Sequence record: DRR723986_9796
Reading direction: 5' to 3' (one strand)
DNA length: 64,000 nt
Shown piece after piece: positions 1 to 9,650 of the stretch (its first letter is position 1; each line of letters opens with the position of its first letter). The translations under genes were made by a program, and so were the position numbers. The notes under the pieces were generated by a model. It did not search any database. It worked only from the letters and a program-made list of their open reading frames with translations, and was not told where the DNA came from.

Positions 1-24
1 CGCTATACGTCCGTGCGACTCGCA

Positions 25-2109
25 CTAGAACCGAGGTGGCGGAAGCCGACGGTTGCGACGTTCGGCATCTAAATCGGCCAATGCAATATCCACGGCACCT
101 GGCGAGAACACTGGCGGAGCAGCTCGACGATCGGTATCTTCGCCTTGTCGACTGTTGCGATCGCTGTCTTCGCGAGAGTCGTCTCGTCGGCCAGCGTCAC
201 GATCCATTGATTCGGTCTCCAAGGCAGACGCGAAGAAGACGTTCTGCCCTCTTCCGAAATCAACATCTGAATTGCGTTCAATGACATCAGCCAAACTCGT
301 ACGTTGAATGTCGCGCAGTTCCCGGCCTTCGAAGATATTCTCGAAGTAGAAGCGATCGCCGTCTCGTAGGGCAGTGAACTGTTCCGCGATGACCGTTGAT
401 GCTGTAACCCCCAACGCACTTCCTGGAGCGTGCTCTTCGGCCAACATTCCAACCCAGGCGTCGATCGAATCCACATCGCCATACGCCTGCTCAAGCCGCT
501 CGATCACATCGACGTCTGACGTGATCTCGCTGAAATCACTAACGGCCCCCAAGCCCATCGCTTCGCGGACAGCGTTGTATCCCGGCAGTCCGTGGTCTCG
601 GCCACGCTGGATGTTGAGTGCTGCCAAATCGAAACCTCCCGAACCTGGAGGACCGAATAAGAAGTTGCGAACATCATCAACCAAGAATGGATCCACCTCC
701 TGAGCAGCTTGCACCGATGCACCTCGCAGCAATTCCGATATACCATCATCAGTGACAGCACCAACGTTGAAAAAAGCGTTCTGCAGCGGCAGGTTGCCCT
801 CTTCAATGACCTCACCGTTTTCGTCTAAACGCAGCAGCTCTGGCGAGAGCATCGTGTGGCCGAAACGATAGGCAGCAGTCGAGAAAACGTTGGATAGATT
901 CGGATTCACGCTGGGATCGTATCCGCGATAATCCGCGATTGCATTCTCACCAAGCAGTGCCGGAAGGAATTCGTTGTAGGTGATGGATTGCAGTTGTGCC
1001 GTTACGATTCGGCGTGCGCTCTGGAATAATTCCTCATCAGATAGATCGGGATTTTCCTGCGAAAGCTCGTCTGCGATTCGGTTGTGCTCGCGGACCCAGA
1101 TAGTGTGCATTGCCGTGAGGGCTGCATTCTCGTTGGCCCGAATGTCACCGGCAAGGAACAGGCTATCACTCGTTCCCCCCGCATTCGACAGCCCGGCAGT
1201 GTTGAACGGGAGCAAGTCTCCATCGCTAGTTAATAGCCTCCCACCTTCAAACGCTCTTAGTGCATCTGCTCGTTCTTGATCACTTCCGTAGATGACAGAA
1301 CCATCAATGAAGGCGCTGATTGTATTCAGTTGTTCTCGAACCCCTTCGCCGGACTCTTCGTAGCCGGACCTTTCAAAGCCGATCGTTTGCTCTCCACTGC
1401 CGGTCGGATCAAACTCGGGGTCACCTGCGGGAACATCGATATCGAAGGATTCACTATGCCCTTCACCCGACAGCGTGATATCGTGGTCGATGAATTGTCC
1501 CCAGATCCAAGTTAGATCACTGAGGCCGCGTTCATTCTCGATGTCTCCAGGCGAGTCGTTGACGATGTTGCTGACCTCCCGTGCGCTGACGCGGTCCTGC
1601 CCCGCTGGGCTCGCTACACCATCTTCATAGTCAGCGTCGGCCCAGCGTTCGAACGTCTGCCCAGCGCTTCCGAGATCAGGATTCTCTAAGTTGTTGCCGC
1701 TACCATCCAGAGTTGGTACTTCATCCTGCAGAGTTGGGTCTGGTTGCGGTCTAGGTTCTCTTTCCGGCCGTTCGCCTCGACGCTCAGCGTCAAACCTCCG
1801 GTTAATTCCATTGACAACCATTAGCGCATCAACTGGACTGAGGATTCCATCGTTATTCACATCGTGAAAGCCGCGTCGTTCAGAGCGATCAGCGCTGCGC
1901 TCGGCTTCGCTTCGGTTCAATTCATTGATTAACACCAGCGCGTCCGATGGACTCACCTCAGCGTCATCGTTGACATCCAGTGGCTCGAGCGAATTGTGAA
2001 AATGCCCTATGTCGCCAGCCAAGAGCTCACGGCGCTCTAGGTTCTCCAGTTTGATTGAACGCGTGCGGCGGCGATTGGCCCTAGACTTCTTAGACTTTCG
2101 ACGAGACAT
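25..2109 (-). CDS. Animal-type heme peroxidase (peroxidase-cyclooxygenase family) with planctomycete extracellular signal and dockerin-like repeats
   Basis: N-terminal basic stretch + LENLERRELLA; DVNDDAEVSPSDALVLIN / DVNNDGILSPVDALMVVN repeats; peroxidase motifs WGQFIDHD, GDIRANE, AYRFGH, NIQRGRDHG. Confidence 0.92.
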   Translation of the reverse strand: MSRRKSKKSRANRRRTRSIKLENLERRELLAGDIGHFHNSLEPLDVNDDAEVSPSDALVLINELNRSEAERSADRSERRGFHDVNNDGILSPVDALMVVNGINRRFDAERRGERPEREPRPQPDPTLQDEVPTLDGSGNNLENPDLGSAGQTFERWADADYEDGVASPAGQDRVSAREVSNIVNDSPGDIENERGLSDLTWIWGQFIDHDITLSGEGHSESFDIDVPAGDPEFDPTGSGEQTIGFERSGYEESGEGVREQLNTISAFIDGSVIYGSDQERADALRAFEGGRLLTSDGDLLPFNTAGLSNAGGTSDSLFLAGDIRANENAALTAMHTIWVREHNRIADELSQENPDLSDEELFQSARRIVTAQLQSITYNEFLPALLGENAIADYRGYDPSVNPNLSNVFSTAAYRFGHTMLSPELLRLDENGEVIEEGNLPLQNAFFNVGAVTDDGISELLRGASVQAAQEVDPFLVDDVRNFLFGPPGSGGFDLAALNIQRGRDHGLPGYNAVREAMGLGAVSDFSEITSDVDVIERLEQAYGDVDSIDAWVGMLAEEHAPGSALGVTASTVIAEQFTALRDGDRFYFENIFEGRELRDIQRTSLADVIERNSDVDFGRGQNVFFASALETESMDRDAGRRDDSREDSDRNSRQGEDTDRRAAPPVFSPGAVDIALADLDAERRNRRLPPPRF

Positions 2110-2514
2110 AGCACTTCCCCAGATAAGACGAGCGGTTAGTTATGCCGCCGCTTGAAACAAATTCACCTGGTGCGTTAGAACGCCAGGCGCTACTTGTCGA
2201 CAGCAACGACCCTCCCCGTTTCTGTAAGGCAGATCACATAGCAACGGCGCAACGAGCGAATCACAGAGGCCACGCAAAACACCAGTTTGCACCGTAGAAC
2301 TTCACCTATGAACCCTAGATGTCCTCGCGCATCGAAGACGGCCTGCTGAGTAACCAACGGCCACTAGCGTCCCTCTAAGGTTTTGTCCAAAACAGATCTA
2401 AGCGCGAAGTTCGACCGACGTCCGCTCATGTGGTTGCCACTCTGCAAAGCGGTTGCAACGCCACCCGATGCCCCCCAGGCTCGGTGAGGCCGTATAAAAG
2501 CCACAAATATGAAA

Positions 2515-2531
2515 TTGAGATTTAGTTTCAA
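2515..2531. promoter_or_regulatory. Fur-box-like imperfect palindrome
   Basis: TTGAGATTTAGTTTCAA resembles the 7-1-7 Fur box and lies in the AT-rich spacer about 100 bp upstream of hemP. Confidence 0.5.
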
Positions 2532-2631
2532 CAAAGGCATTGCTTTAGGGGGCATTTGTTACAACAATTAGTGTGGAAACTGGGCAGGGTTGCCCAGGCA
2601 AATCATCGCGACCCACACATTGTTGGCCCTT

Positions 2632-2823
2632 GTGCACGACTCTGAGAGAAATTCAGAATCCGAAGAATCGCCCGGTTCAAAGGCAGTCGTTGATCCAAGA
2701 CTGCCCAAAATCGTGGATTTTCGCGAGCTTTCACGATGCGGAGATGAAATCTGGATCAGCCACGAAGGAAATCTCTACCGGCTGAGAGCGACCAAGCAAG
2801 GTAAGCTCATTCTGACAAAATAG
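2632..2823 (+). CDS. hemP: Hemin uptake protein HemP
   Basis: C-terminal EIWISHEGNLYRLRATKQGKLILTK is the HemP signature; GTG 2632 chosen (track ORF starts 2590). Confidence 0.88.
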   Translation: MHDSERNSESEESPGSKAVVDPRLPKIVDFRELSRCGDEIWISHEGNLYRLRATKQGKLILTK

Positions 2824-2840
2824 GCTCGTACAATAGCGAG

Positions 2841-3062
2841 CTAGGCAGCGTCTGGATGCGTCTTCTTCCAGTGCTTCATTGCGGGCTTAATCTCCCGCAT
2901 CGGCATCCAGTGGCCGTGCGTCTTGGAAGTGCTAGACATCATGGTCTCTGGATTGAGCTCGCCTTTTTCAATGCGAATCAGCAGCTCGTTCTCGCAAATT
3001 GGACCAATCCGCTTTCTTCGGTTGAAGAACCCGTTCTTTAAAAAATACCAGTCGGCTGACAT
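2841..3062 (-). CDS. Small GYF_2/DUF4339-like domain protein
   Basis: MSADWYF...IGPI.ENEL..RIEKGEL.PET....HW.P; ATG 3062 (track ORF starts 3233). Confidence 0.7.
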   Translation of the reverse strand: MSADWYFLKNGFFNRRKRIGPICENELLIRIEKGELNPETMMSSTSKTHGHWMPMREIKPAMKHWKKTHPDAA

Positions 3063-3297
3063 ACCGATCTCCCCAAAACTTCCAGCCGCAAGCACCGGCT
3101 GCTCACTCGGACGAGTGCCCAATTTGTGGAGCTGCAAGTGTTGAAGGCTTTTCGAAACTCCGTTTTCGTAAAAATCTTCTGCAAAATCAAGTAAATTCTG
3201 GGCAATTTCCCTCACAAAACAAACTAAAACCACCTTATCAGGCTACAAAGGACACCCAGCCCCCCTTGAGCGAATCTGTGGCGATGCCGTTAGTGGC

Positions 3298-6200
3298 TTA
3301 GGGTCGAAAACTAACGATACCCGCACTTCGCAGTGAAAGCCGATTTGTGTGAAGTAGCGCCCACGTCTCAGCACTCCGGCTCGGGCCGACACGACGAGCT
3401 GTAACGGCCCAAGCATCGAGATCTTGTGGCGACACAGTGGTCAGCTCACTTAGCGGCATTGCGATCTCGGCCGACCACCGGTCAGCTTCCTGTGCGACGG
3501 CAACGTACCACTTTGGATTGTAAGCCGCATTTCCCCCGCACCGGTCGAAGGTCCGCCCATCCTCTGCTACAGCAATATGTACACCAACGCTGTAGTCCCG
3601 ATCCGTATCTATCAGTAGCTCAACTCGGTCGACTTCGCCCAGTTGCGAATCGTACTCACTTCGTGGAACCACCGGCTTCATCGTTGCTGCCGGGGAAACA
3701 GGGCAATCAAGTGCAAGGTAAAGGTATTCCTGGTCGAATGCCCAACGAACCTGAGTACCCGATGCGTCTTTGCGGCGCGTATCGCTCGATTGCAACTCCA
3801 TGACGCCCGCCATCGACCAGCATGGCTCATCTAGGTTCCCGTCTAGGACGGGTGGTTGATCGGCACGACCGGCGTCAACTTGCCATCGCGGCCGGCGGCC
3901 GGGAGACCTCAACAATACTTCCTGTGCCGCCGCTTGAGGCAGCCCAATGAATCCCTTCTGAAGCGCCAGCTCCGAAAGCAAATTTGAGCCCCCTTCGTGA
4001 TTGGCAGCGCGTTTACGGGCAGAGAACATTAAATTGAACTGAGGCCATCTCGACAGACTGGAACCGACGTCTGGTACGGAAGCCATCAGCGCTTGCCAAG
4101 GTTGTGCCGGCTGTGCTGCGGTCACTGGACGGTCGACATGACCAACCGTCTGAACACCACCTGAACCTGGACTGGTTTCGCCAAACGGACTAGCGTTCCA
4201 CACTGATGTTGCGTCAGCGCTTCTCGTCGCCTGCGCGGTTTGCACGGCCGCTTTCGAAACCAAGTCTCTGTCCCGAAGCGAGTTTTTCCATGCCGCTCGT
4301 TCATCACTATCAGCTCTGCTGAGCAACTGCCACTTTGCATAGGTAGCGATATCACGCCCCTTGCCATGTGCCATGATCTCTCGAAGAGCGAGTCGCCGAT
4401 AGTGCTCTAGCCTTGGATCCTCTAGCTGTGAAATGAGCTTGATGACAGACCGATCAAATTCATACACCGGCATTCCGCGGAGCACCGCGCCAAGCTGACG
4501 CCGCCACAGTTCGTCGGTCTCCGCCGTACCACTTCCATTGGACGCGTACTTCTGAGCCTCTTCAACGACACGCTCAAGAATCGACTCACGGTGAACTCTG
4601 CCCATGATTAGCTGATAGTTGCCAAGTTCAATAATAGGCCGTTGCAGGCCTGTCTGCTTCGATGGTGGAATTGCTCCCAAGAGTGACTTCGTGGCCGACG
4701 CGGCCTGACTACTGCTCCAGAGCGTTCGCAAGTAGACAGTTTCGTCCAGATTGCAGCAGTCGGTCGGCAATGCGGCCATCACGTCGCGAACAGCCAAACC
4801 GGCAGACGACAAGACTCGCTGCGGAGATTCAGAGTAGTGGTGTGCGCCCTCACGGCTCACGGCTGCCAACTTCTTGACCTGCCAAGGTGCAAGGTTCAGC
4901 TCCGTGGCGATACGTTGCTGCCCAGCCTTCGATGCAAACCGAACTGCGGCTGCAGCCAGATCGCTCGCTTCGCGTAGACCATGGTGAAATTGCGCGTCAC
5001 CACTGTCACGGCTATCATCTACCAAGACAACATCCGGTCGCTGGGAAAGTATGCGAATCGCTAACTTGTCTTCCAACCATTGCTCGTCGGCGCTGAGCTC
5101 ATGATACTCCGACACACCAATTTGACTTGCAATCGCCTTGGAAGTTTCTACTGGTGAAGGGGTACTATCGGCATATTCAACTGGATCAAACGGTCCTAGG
5201 ACCAACATGCCACTTGTGCATTGTTGTTCCCAACTAGCGGATACCGTTGGGACCCAAGTCTGTCCCATCGCGGACCGAGAAACCGCCAAGACTCCCAACC
5301 TATCCGCGGCATCGCGCTGGACGTACCAACTCTTTCCACCATCACGAGTCGCTAGAATCCGGCCGACTCCACAAATGGCCCAACCTCGATCATGATCGTA
5401 AAAGCCAACACTCTTGATCGGGGCAGCCTGATCAGTGGGAACCTTCTTCCATGTCTGCCCAAGGTCTCTACTATGCATCAAGAACGAACCGGGCGTCCCA
5501 CCAACCCAAATCTCTTGGGCAACCTGGGAAATGAAATCAAAGTCTACACAACGCCGTGCATCTTCACTTAGCGGAAGCGGAATGCTTCTCCAGTCTTTGC
5601 CGTTGACGCTGGTGATTAACTCACCCGATGCACCGGCCGCAATCCAAGCGCTGCCGGTGTGATGAATAGCACGAAGGGGGCGAGCAAAATCCGAGATGGG
5701 AACTCCCGACGTTTGCCCTAACCTCAAGACGGCTTGCCCAAGGCGGTCAACTGCAGCAAAACCACCAACTTCAATGCCGCCTGCAGCAATGACATGTCCA
5801 ATCGGAAGCTTAAGTGCCTGCCAATTCAAGCCACCGTCTGTTGAGCGAAAAACACCGGTTCCAAAAGTGCTTGAGAGATCTCCCCATGCCATGAAGACAC
5901 CGCCTGAAACTTTGACCCCGACCAGTCTCGGAAGGCCCGGCACAGGGACCACCTCCCAACTGGAACCGCCATCAGTCGTCCTCAGAACAGTCGCCCGACT
6001 ATCACGTGTGTGGGCACCGTTGCGACCGCCAACACAAACACCTACACCCGAAGGCGTCATGTCGACTGAATGCAGATTGTCCGTCGACGGGCTTCGTGCA
6101 TTGACCCAATTCCGCCCTCCGTTCTCGCTATACGCAATCAATCCGCAATTGCCGACTGCAACGATCCGGCTCTCCGAGACTACCGCGAGATCGTTTAGCT

Positions 6201-6384
6201 GCGCGTTTTCGCGAATACTGGAGACAAATTCATCCTGAGGCAAAACTACCGGCCGCACCTGACCAGCCACTCGCACCTGCGCGGCCGCAGGACCAGGCTG
6301 TAGCAGGGTACATATCCCAGCTAGGGCAATCGCAAGTGGAAATCGCGTGAAGTTGGCTACACTTGTGATGAGTAGAATTCGCAT
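3298..6384 (-). CDS. Secreted YCF48-related BNR-repeat protein with C-terminal CBM9-like sugar-binding domain
   Basis: Signal peptide; repeats SENGGRNW, TTDGGSSW, STDGGLNW, TRDGGKSW; C-terminal PPVLDGNLDEPCW...D.VEL.ID.DRD...WSAEIAMPL; track ORF starts 6435. Confidence 0.8.
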   Translation of the reverse strand: MRILLITSVANFTRFPLAIALAGICTLLQPGPAAAQVRVAGQVRPVVLPQDEFVSSIRENAQLNDLAVVSESRIVAVGNCGLIAYSENGGRNWVNARSPSTDNLHSVDMTPSGVGVCVGGRNGAHTRDSRATVLRTTDGGSSWEVVPVPGLPRLVGVKVSGGVFMAWGDLSSTFGTGVFRSTDGGLNWQALKLPIGHVIAAGGIEVGGFAAVDRLGQAVLRLGQTSGVPISDFARPLRAIHHTGSAWIAAGASGELITSVNGKDWRSIPLPLSEDARRCVDFDFISQVAQEIWVGGTPGSFLMHSRDLGQTWKKVPTDQAAPIKSVGFYDHDRGWAICGVGRILATRDGGKSWYVQRDAADRLGVLAVSRSAMGQTWVPTVSASWEQQCTSGMLVLGPFDPVEYADSTPSPVETSKAIASQIGVSEYHELSADEQWLEDKLAIRILSQRPDVVLVDDSRDSGDAQFHHGLREASDLAAAAVRFASKAGQQRIATELNLAPWQVKKLAAVSREGAHHYSESPQRVLSSAGLAVRDVMAALPTDCCNLDETVYLRTLWSSSQAASATKSLLGAIPPSKQTGLQRPIIELGNYQLIMGRVHRESILERVVEEAQKYASNGSGTAETDELWRRQLGAVLRGMPVYEFDRSVIKLISQLEDPRLEHYRRLALREIMAHGKGRDIATYAKWQLLSRADSDERAAWKNSLRDRDLVSKAAVQTAQATRSADATSVWNASPFGETSPGSGGVQTVGHVDRPVTAAQPAQPWQALMASVPDVGSSLSRWPQFNLMFSARKRAANHEGGSNLLSELALQKGFIGLPQAAAQEVLLRSPGRRPRWQVDAGRADQPPVLDGNLDEPCWSMAGVMELQSSDTRRKDASGTQVRWAFDQEYLYLALDCPVSPAATMKPVVPRSEYDSQLGEVDRVELLIDTDRDYSVGVHIAVAEDGRTFDRCGGNAAYNPKWYVAVAQEADRWSAEIAMPLSELTTVSPQDLDAWAVTARRVGPSRSAETWALLHTNRLSLRSAGIVSFRP

Positions 6385-6662
6385 GTGTCTTGTCACCCGC
6401 CGATCAGCACCCAAGCCCGCAGTCGGGCTCATCAATCTTCCCTAGCAGGACAATAACGAATACCTGTGCGCAGAAGCTAGCCCGCTCCAAACCACCATCA
6501 CACCCGCCGCGCGAAAATCGATGCTAGCAATCAATAGAGAGACCTCATTGGCTCGGGCGAGCAGCACTTTCGTCGAGCTGCATTCTGGCGGTCTTGCGTC
6601 CGATGCCGAAGATTTGGTAACCAGCAAGGCGTCCGTTCTTGCATCTGCCAAGCTGACATTGG

Positions 6663-7868
6663 ATGACTACGATGAGCGTCGAAACTCAACCCGAACAATT
6701 GAACCAAGATCACTTGGTACGCAACCGCAGTGTCTTTCTGATTGGTGGTTACGAACCCAAGTCATCCGACGCGTTTTTCAAACGGACGCGTCGAGAAATG
6801 GGTCGTTTCTGCAATACATGGGAAGTCAGCGCAGAAATGGGCGAGGAACTCGTCAGCGATGATGGCTTGCTAGCAACGGGGCACGTATCGGCCGACATGC
6901 CTGAAGGTCGAGTCGACACCGACATCAATTTCTTCGTTTGGAATGACATCGTTTTAAGCGATTTTTCCAAGCCTACGGTTGTTCGCGTCGCGAAGTACTT
7001 GCTGACCTTCTTTGACTATCTACTCACTGGAACCTTTTTCCGAATCATCAAACAAGCCTGGCGATTCTCGCTCTACTTCCTGTACCCATTCCTTGCCCTC
7101 AGCCTGATAACCGTGCTGAGCGCCGGCGTTGGTTGGGGAATCGGTTCGCTACCATTTGCGGCGAGCGGGTTTGTTGGTGCTGGAGTCGGAGCCGCGCTCT
7201 GGTACGGCCTGTTGCTCTACAGCGGTCGACGCTGGTTTGTACTGCATTTAATGGATCTCTGGTCATTCTCTCGCAGCTATCTGCGTGAGAACCGCGCCGA
7301 CGCGCGAGAACACATTGATCGATATGCTCAAGCTGTCGTCGACAGATACCTCGCTGGCAGGGACGACGAGATCATCCTCGTTGGACACAGCACCGGTGGC
7401 GCCTTGATCTTAGATATTGCATCAACTGCAATTGCAAAGTGTCCGTCTCTGGGCGCTGACCGCACGCGTGTCACGGTCCTCACAGTTGGATCGACAGCGC
7501 TGAAAATCGGTTTGCATCCGGCTGCATCAGCCTTTCGGGGACGCGTCCAACGGATCGTTGATACGCCAAGCGTGGATTGGATTGAATGTCAAGCGATGAC
7601 GGATGTCATTAACTTCTACAAGACCGATCCAGTCAAAGCGATGCACCTACCATCGACGCGGGAAGAGAACTTCCCCAAGGTACATGTGGTGCGAATCCGC
7701 GACATGTTGCAACCGGAGATATACAAGAAGTTTCGTTACAACTTCTTTCGGGTCCACTATCAATTCATCATGGCGAATACGCGGCAGTACGCTTACGACT
7801 TCTTCATGATGTGCTGTGGTGAACGACCATTCTCCGAGAAGCTTGGCAAAACGCTTCGGCGGAACTAA
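6663..7868 (+). CDS. Membrane-associated alpha/beta-hydrolase fold protein
   Basis: VFLIGGYEP near N-terminus, internal hydrophobic helices, LVGHSTGG nucleophile elbow, later D and H candidates (TDVINF, RVHYQF). Confidence 0.7.
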   Translation: MTTMSVETQPEQLNQDHLVRNRSVFLIGGYEPKSSDAFFKRTRREMGRFCNTWEVSAEMGEELVSDDGLLATGHVSADMPEGRVDTDINFFVWNDIVLSDFSKPTVVRVAKYLLTFFDYLLTGTFFRIIKQAWRFSLYFLYPFLALSLITVLSAGVGWGIGSLPFAASGFVGAGVGAALWYGLLLYSGRRWFVLHLMDLWSFSRSYLRENRADAREHIDRYAQAVVDRYLAGRDDEIILVGHSTGGALILDIASTAIAKCPSLGADRTRVTVLTVGSTALKIGLHPAASAFRGRVQRIVDTPSVDWIECQAMTDVINFYKTDPVKAMHLPSTREENFPKVHVVRIRDMLQPEIYKKFRYNFFRVHYQFIMANTRQYAYDFFMMCCGERPFSEKLGKTLRRN

Positions 7869-7957
7869 ACACAAAACCACTGGCCCACAAAACGCGACGA
7901 AACCGTGCATTTCAACGGGCAGACTTACATTTCGCAGCCGTTTGCGAGGACAAGATA

Positions 7958-8542
7958 ATGATTGAAACTGCTTCCTACATCGTTTGGTCACTTGGGATCA
8001 TCGCTTGGTGTGTCATCCGCTTCCCCCATCAACGTCGAGCTCGAAAAGTTGCCGTGGCGACGCACAAGCGGTCAACGGAAGAGCGACTGCTGCTGACCGG
8101 TACGGCCATTGGATTGGTCGTCTTACCCACGATCTGGTTGTGTTCGGGTTGGCCTTCTCAGTTCGACTATGCGGTACACCCGTTCGTTCATGTCGCTGGA
8201 ATGGCATGCATGATCGGTTTCCTAGTTTTGTTCCGACGTGTGCACAAAGACCTCGGTAAGAACTGGTCAATTACTTTGGAGATTCGCAAGGAACACAAAC
8301 TTGTCACTGAAGGTCTCTTTAGACACGTACGCCACCCGATGTACTCTTCGTTCTGGCTTTGGGCGGTCGCTCAGGCTTTGCTGCTGCCCAACTGGATCGC
8401 TGGCTTCGCTGGGCTGATCTCAATTGCAGCGTTGTACTTCCGTCGGGTTTACCGAGAAGAACAAATGATGAAACAACAGTTTGGAAACGAATATGTCCAG
8501 TACATGCAGCGGACCAAACGAATCGTCCCTTGGCTATTCTAG
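7958..8542 (+). CDS. Isoprenylcysteine carboxyl methyltransferase (ICMT) family membrane protein
   Basis: LGKNWS...HKLVTEGLFRHVRHPMY...REEQMM..QFG.EY..Y..RT.R..P. Confidence 0.92.
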   Translation: MIETASYIVWSLGIIAWCVIRFPHQRRARKVAVATHKRSTEERLLLTGTAIGLVVLPTIWLCSGWPSQFDYAVHPFVHVAGMACMIGFLVLFRRVHKDLGKNWSITLEIRKEHKLVTEGLFRHVRHPMYSSFWLWAVAQALLLPNWIAGFAGLISIAALYFRRVYREEQMMKQQFGNEYVQYMQRTKRIVPWLF

Positions 8543-8623
8543 CTCCGATTAGCCGCCCGCCTGTTTAGTCATCTATGCGAATAGATGCGCTCAATTTAAC
8601 GACACTCATCTTCTGCAGAGCAA

Positions 8624-9523
8624 ATGCAAAACCAAGACTCAGAAAATCATCTAGGGCAATACATTCCGCTGCACTACCATTACGTAATGCTTCAAGACGA
8701 GTTGCGGATGCAGTCGTTTCGGGAAGCCATCACCAAACACGTCAAGCCTGGTATGCGAGTCGTTGAACTAGGTGGTGGGACGGGTGTTCTGTCGTATTTC
8801 GCCGCTCAAGCCGGTGGTCGAGTGACATGCGTAGAGCGTAACCCAGAGATGGTCGAGGTCGCCCGAAAGCTAACCAAACTGAATGATGTAGACTCGCGCG
8901 TCGAGATTGTTCAGTGCGATGCATGCGACTTCATACCAAGTGATACAGTCGATGTTGTCATCTGCGAAATGCTGCATGTCGGCCTACTGCGTGAAAAGCA
9001 GTTGGAGGTCATCGCGGCGTTCAAAGAAAACTACGCGAAACAGTTTCCCGGTGAGGAGCAGCCACGGTTCATCCCCGAGGCATCCGTCCTAATGGTCCAA
9101 ACGGTTTCGCAAAACTATCACTTCGAAACCTACCATGCTCCTGTTCCGCTTTTCCAAGCGCTCGATCGAGAACACGAGTCAACGACTGGCAGCATCTCAG
9201 AACTAACGCCATACGCACTCGTTCATTACGGCGAGGATTTTCCGACGCGTTTCGACGTTGCGATGGAGTTAACGTCTAATTGCAGCGGCACCGTCAACGC
9301 CCTCCGGTTTGTGACCCAAAATGTACTCAGCGTTGACGTTGAGGAACAGTCCGCGGTTAGCTGGCCGAACCAGGCGCTCATCGTACCCACGGCCGAACAA
9401 CCTGTTGGGATCAATGATCGTGTGGAAGTGGGTTTCCATTATCATGCCGGTGATCCATTGACTCAATTGACGCAGTCATTAGTTGTCGCCCATACTCCTG
9501 AGCAACTGCGACGCGCTGCCTAG
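8624..9523 (+). CDS. Class I SAM-dependent methyltransferase, PRMT-like
   Basis: H..MLQD..R...F..AI; VVELGGGTG motif I; VDVVICEMLHVGLLRE resembling the double-E loop. Confidence 0.82.
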   Translation: MQNQDSENHLGQYIPLHYHYVMLQDELRMQSFREAITKHVKPGMRVVELGGGTGVLSYFAAQAGGRVTCVERNPEMVEVARKLTKLNDVDSRVEIVQCDACDFIPSDTVDVVICEMLHVGLLREKQLEVIAAFKENYAKQFPGEEQPRFIPEASVLMVQTVSQNYHFETYHAPVPLFQALDREHESTTGSISELTPYALVHYGEDFPTRFDVAMELTSNCSGTVNALRFVTQNVLSVDVEEQSAVSWPNQALIVPTAEQPVGINDRVEVGFHYHAGDPLTQLTQSLVVAHTPEQLRRAA

Positions 9524-9581
9524 AGAACCTGGACAGCATCGAAGACATCGTGACCGCAGGTTCCTTTGGTGTGACTACACT

Positions 9582-9618
9582 AAAAAAGGCCGCTGGTATT
9601 ACCAACGGCCTTCTTTCT
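9582..9618 (-). terminator. Rho-independent terminator (probably bidirectional)
   Basis: Minus strand AAGGCCGTTGGT-AAT-ACCAGCGGCCTT followed by a T run, between convergent genes. Confidence 0.8.
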
Positions 9619-9650
9619 TGTAGCAGTACAAGCGATATCGCTCGCGACGC

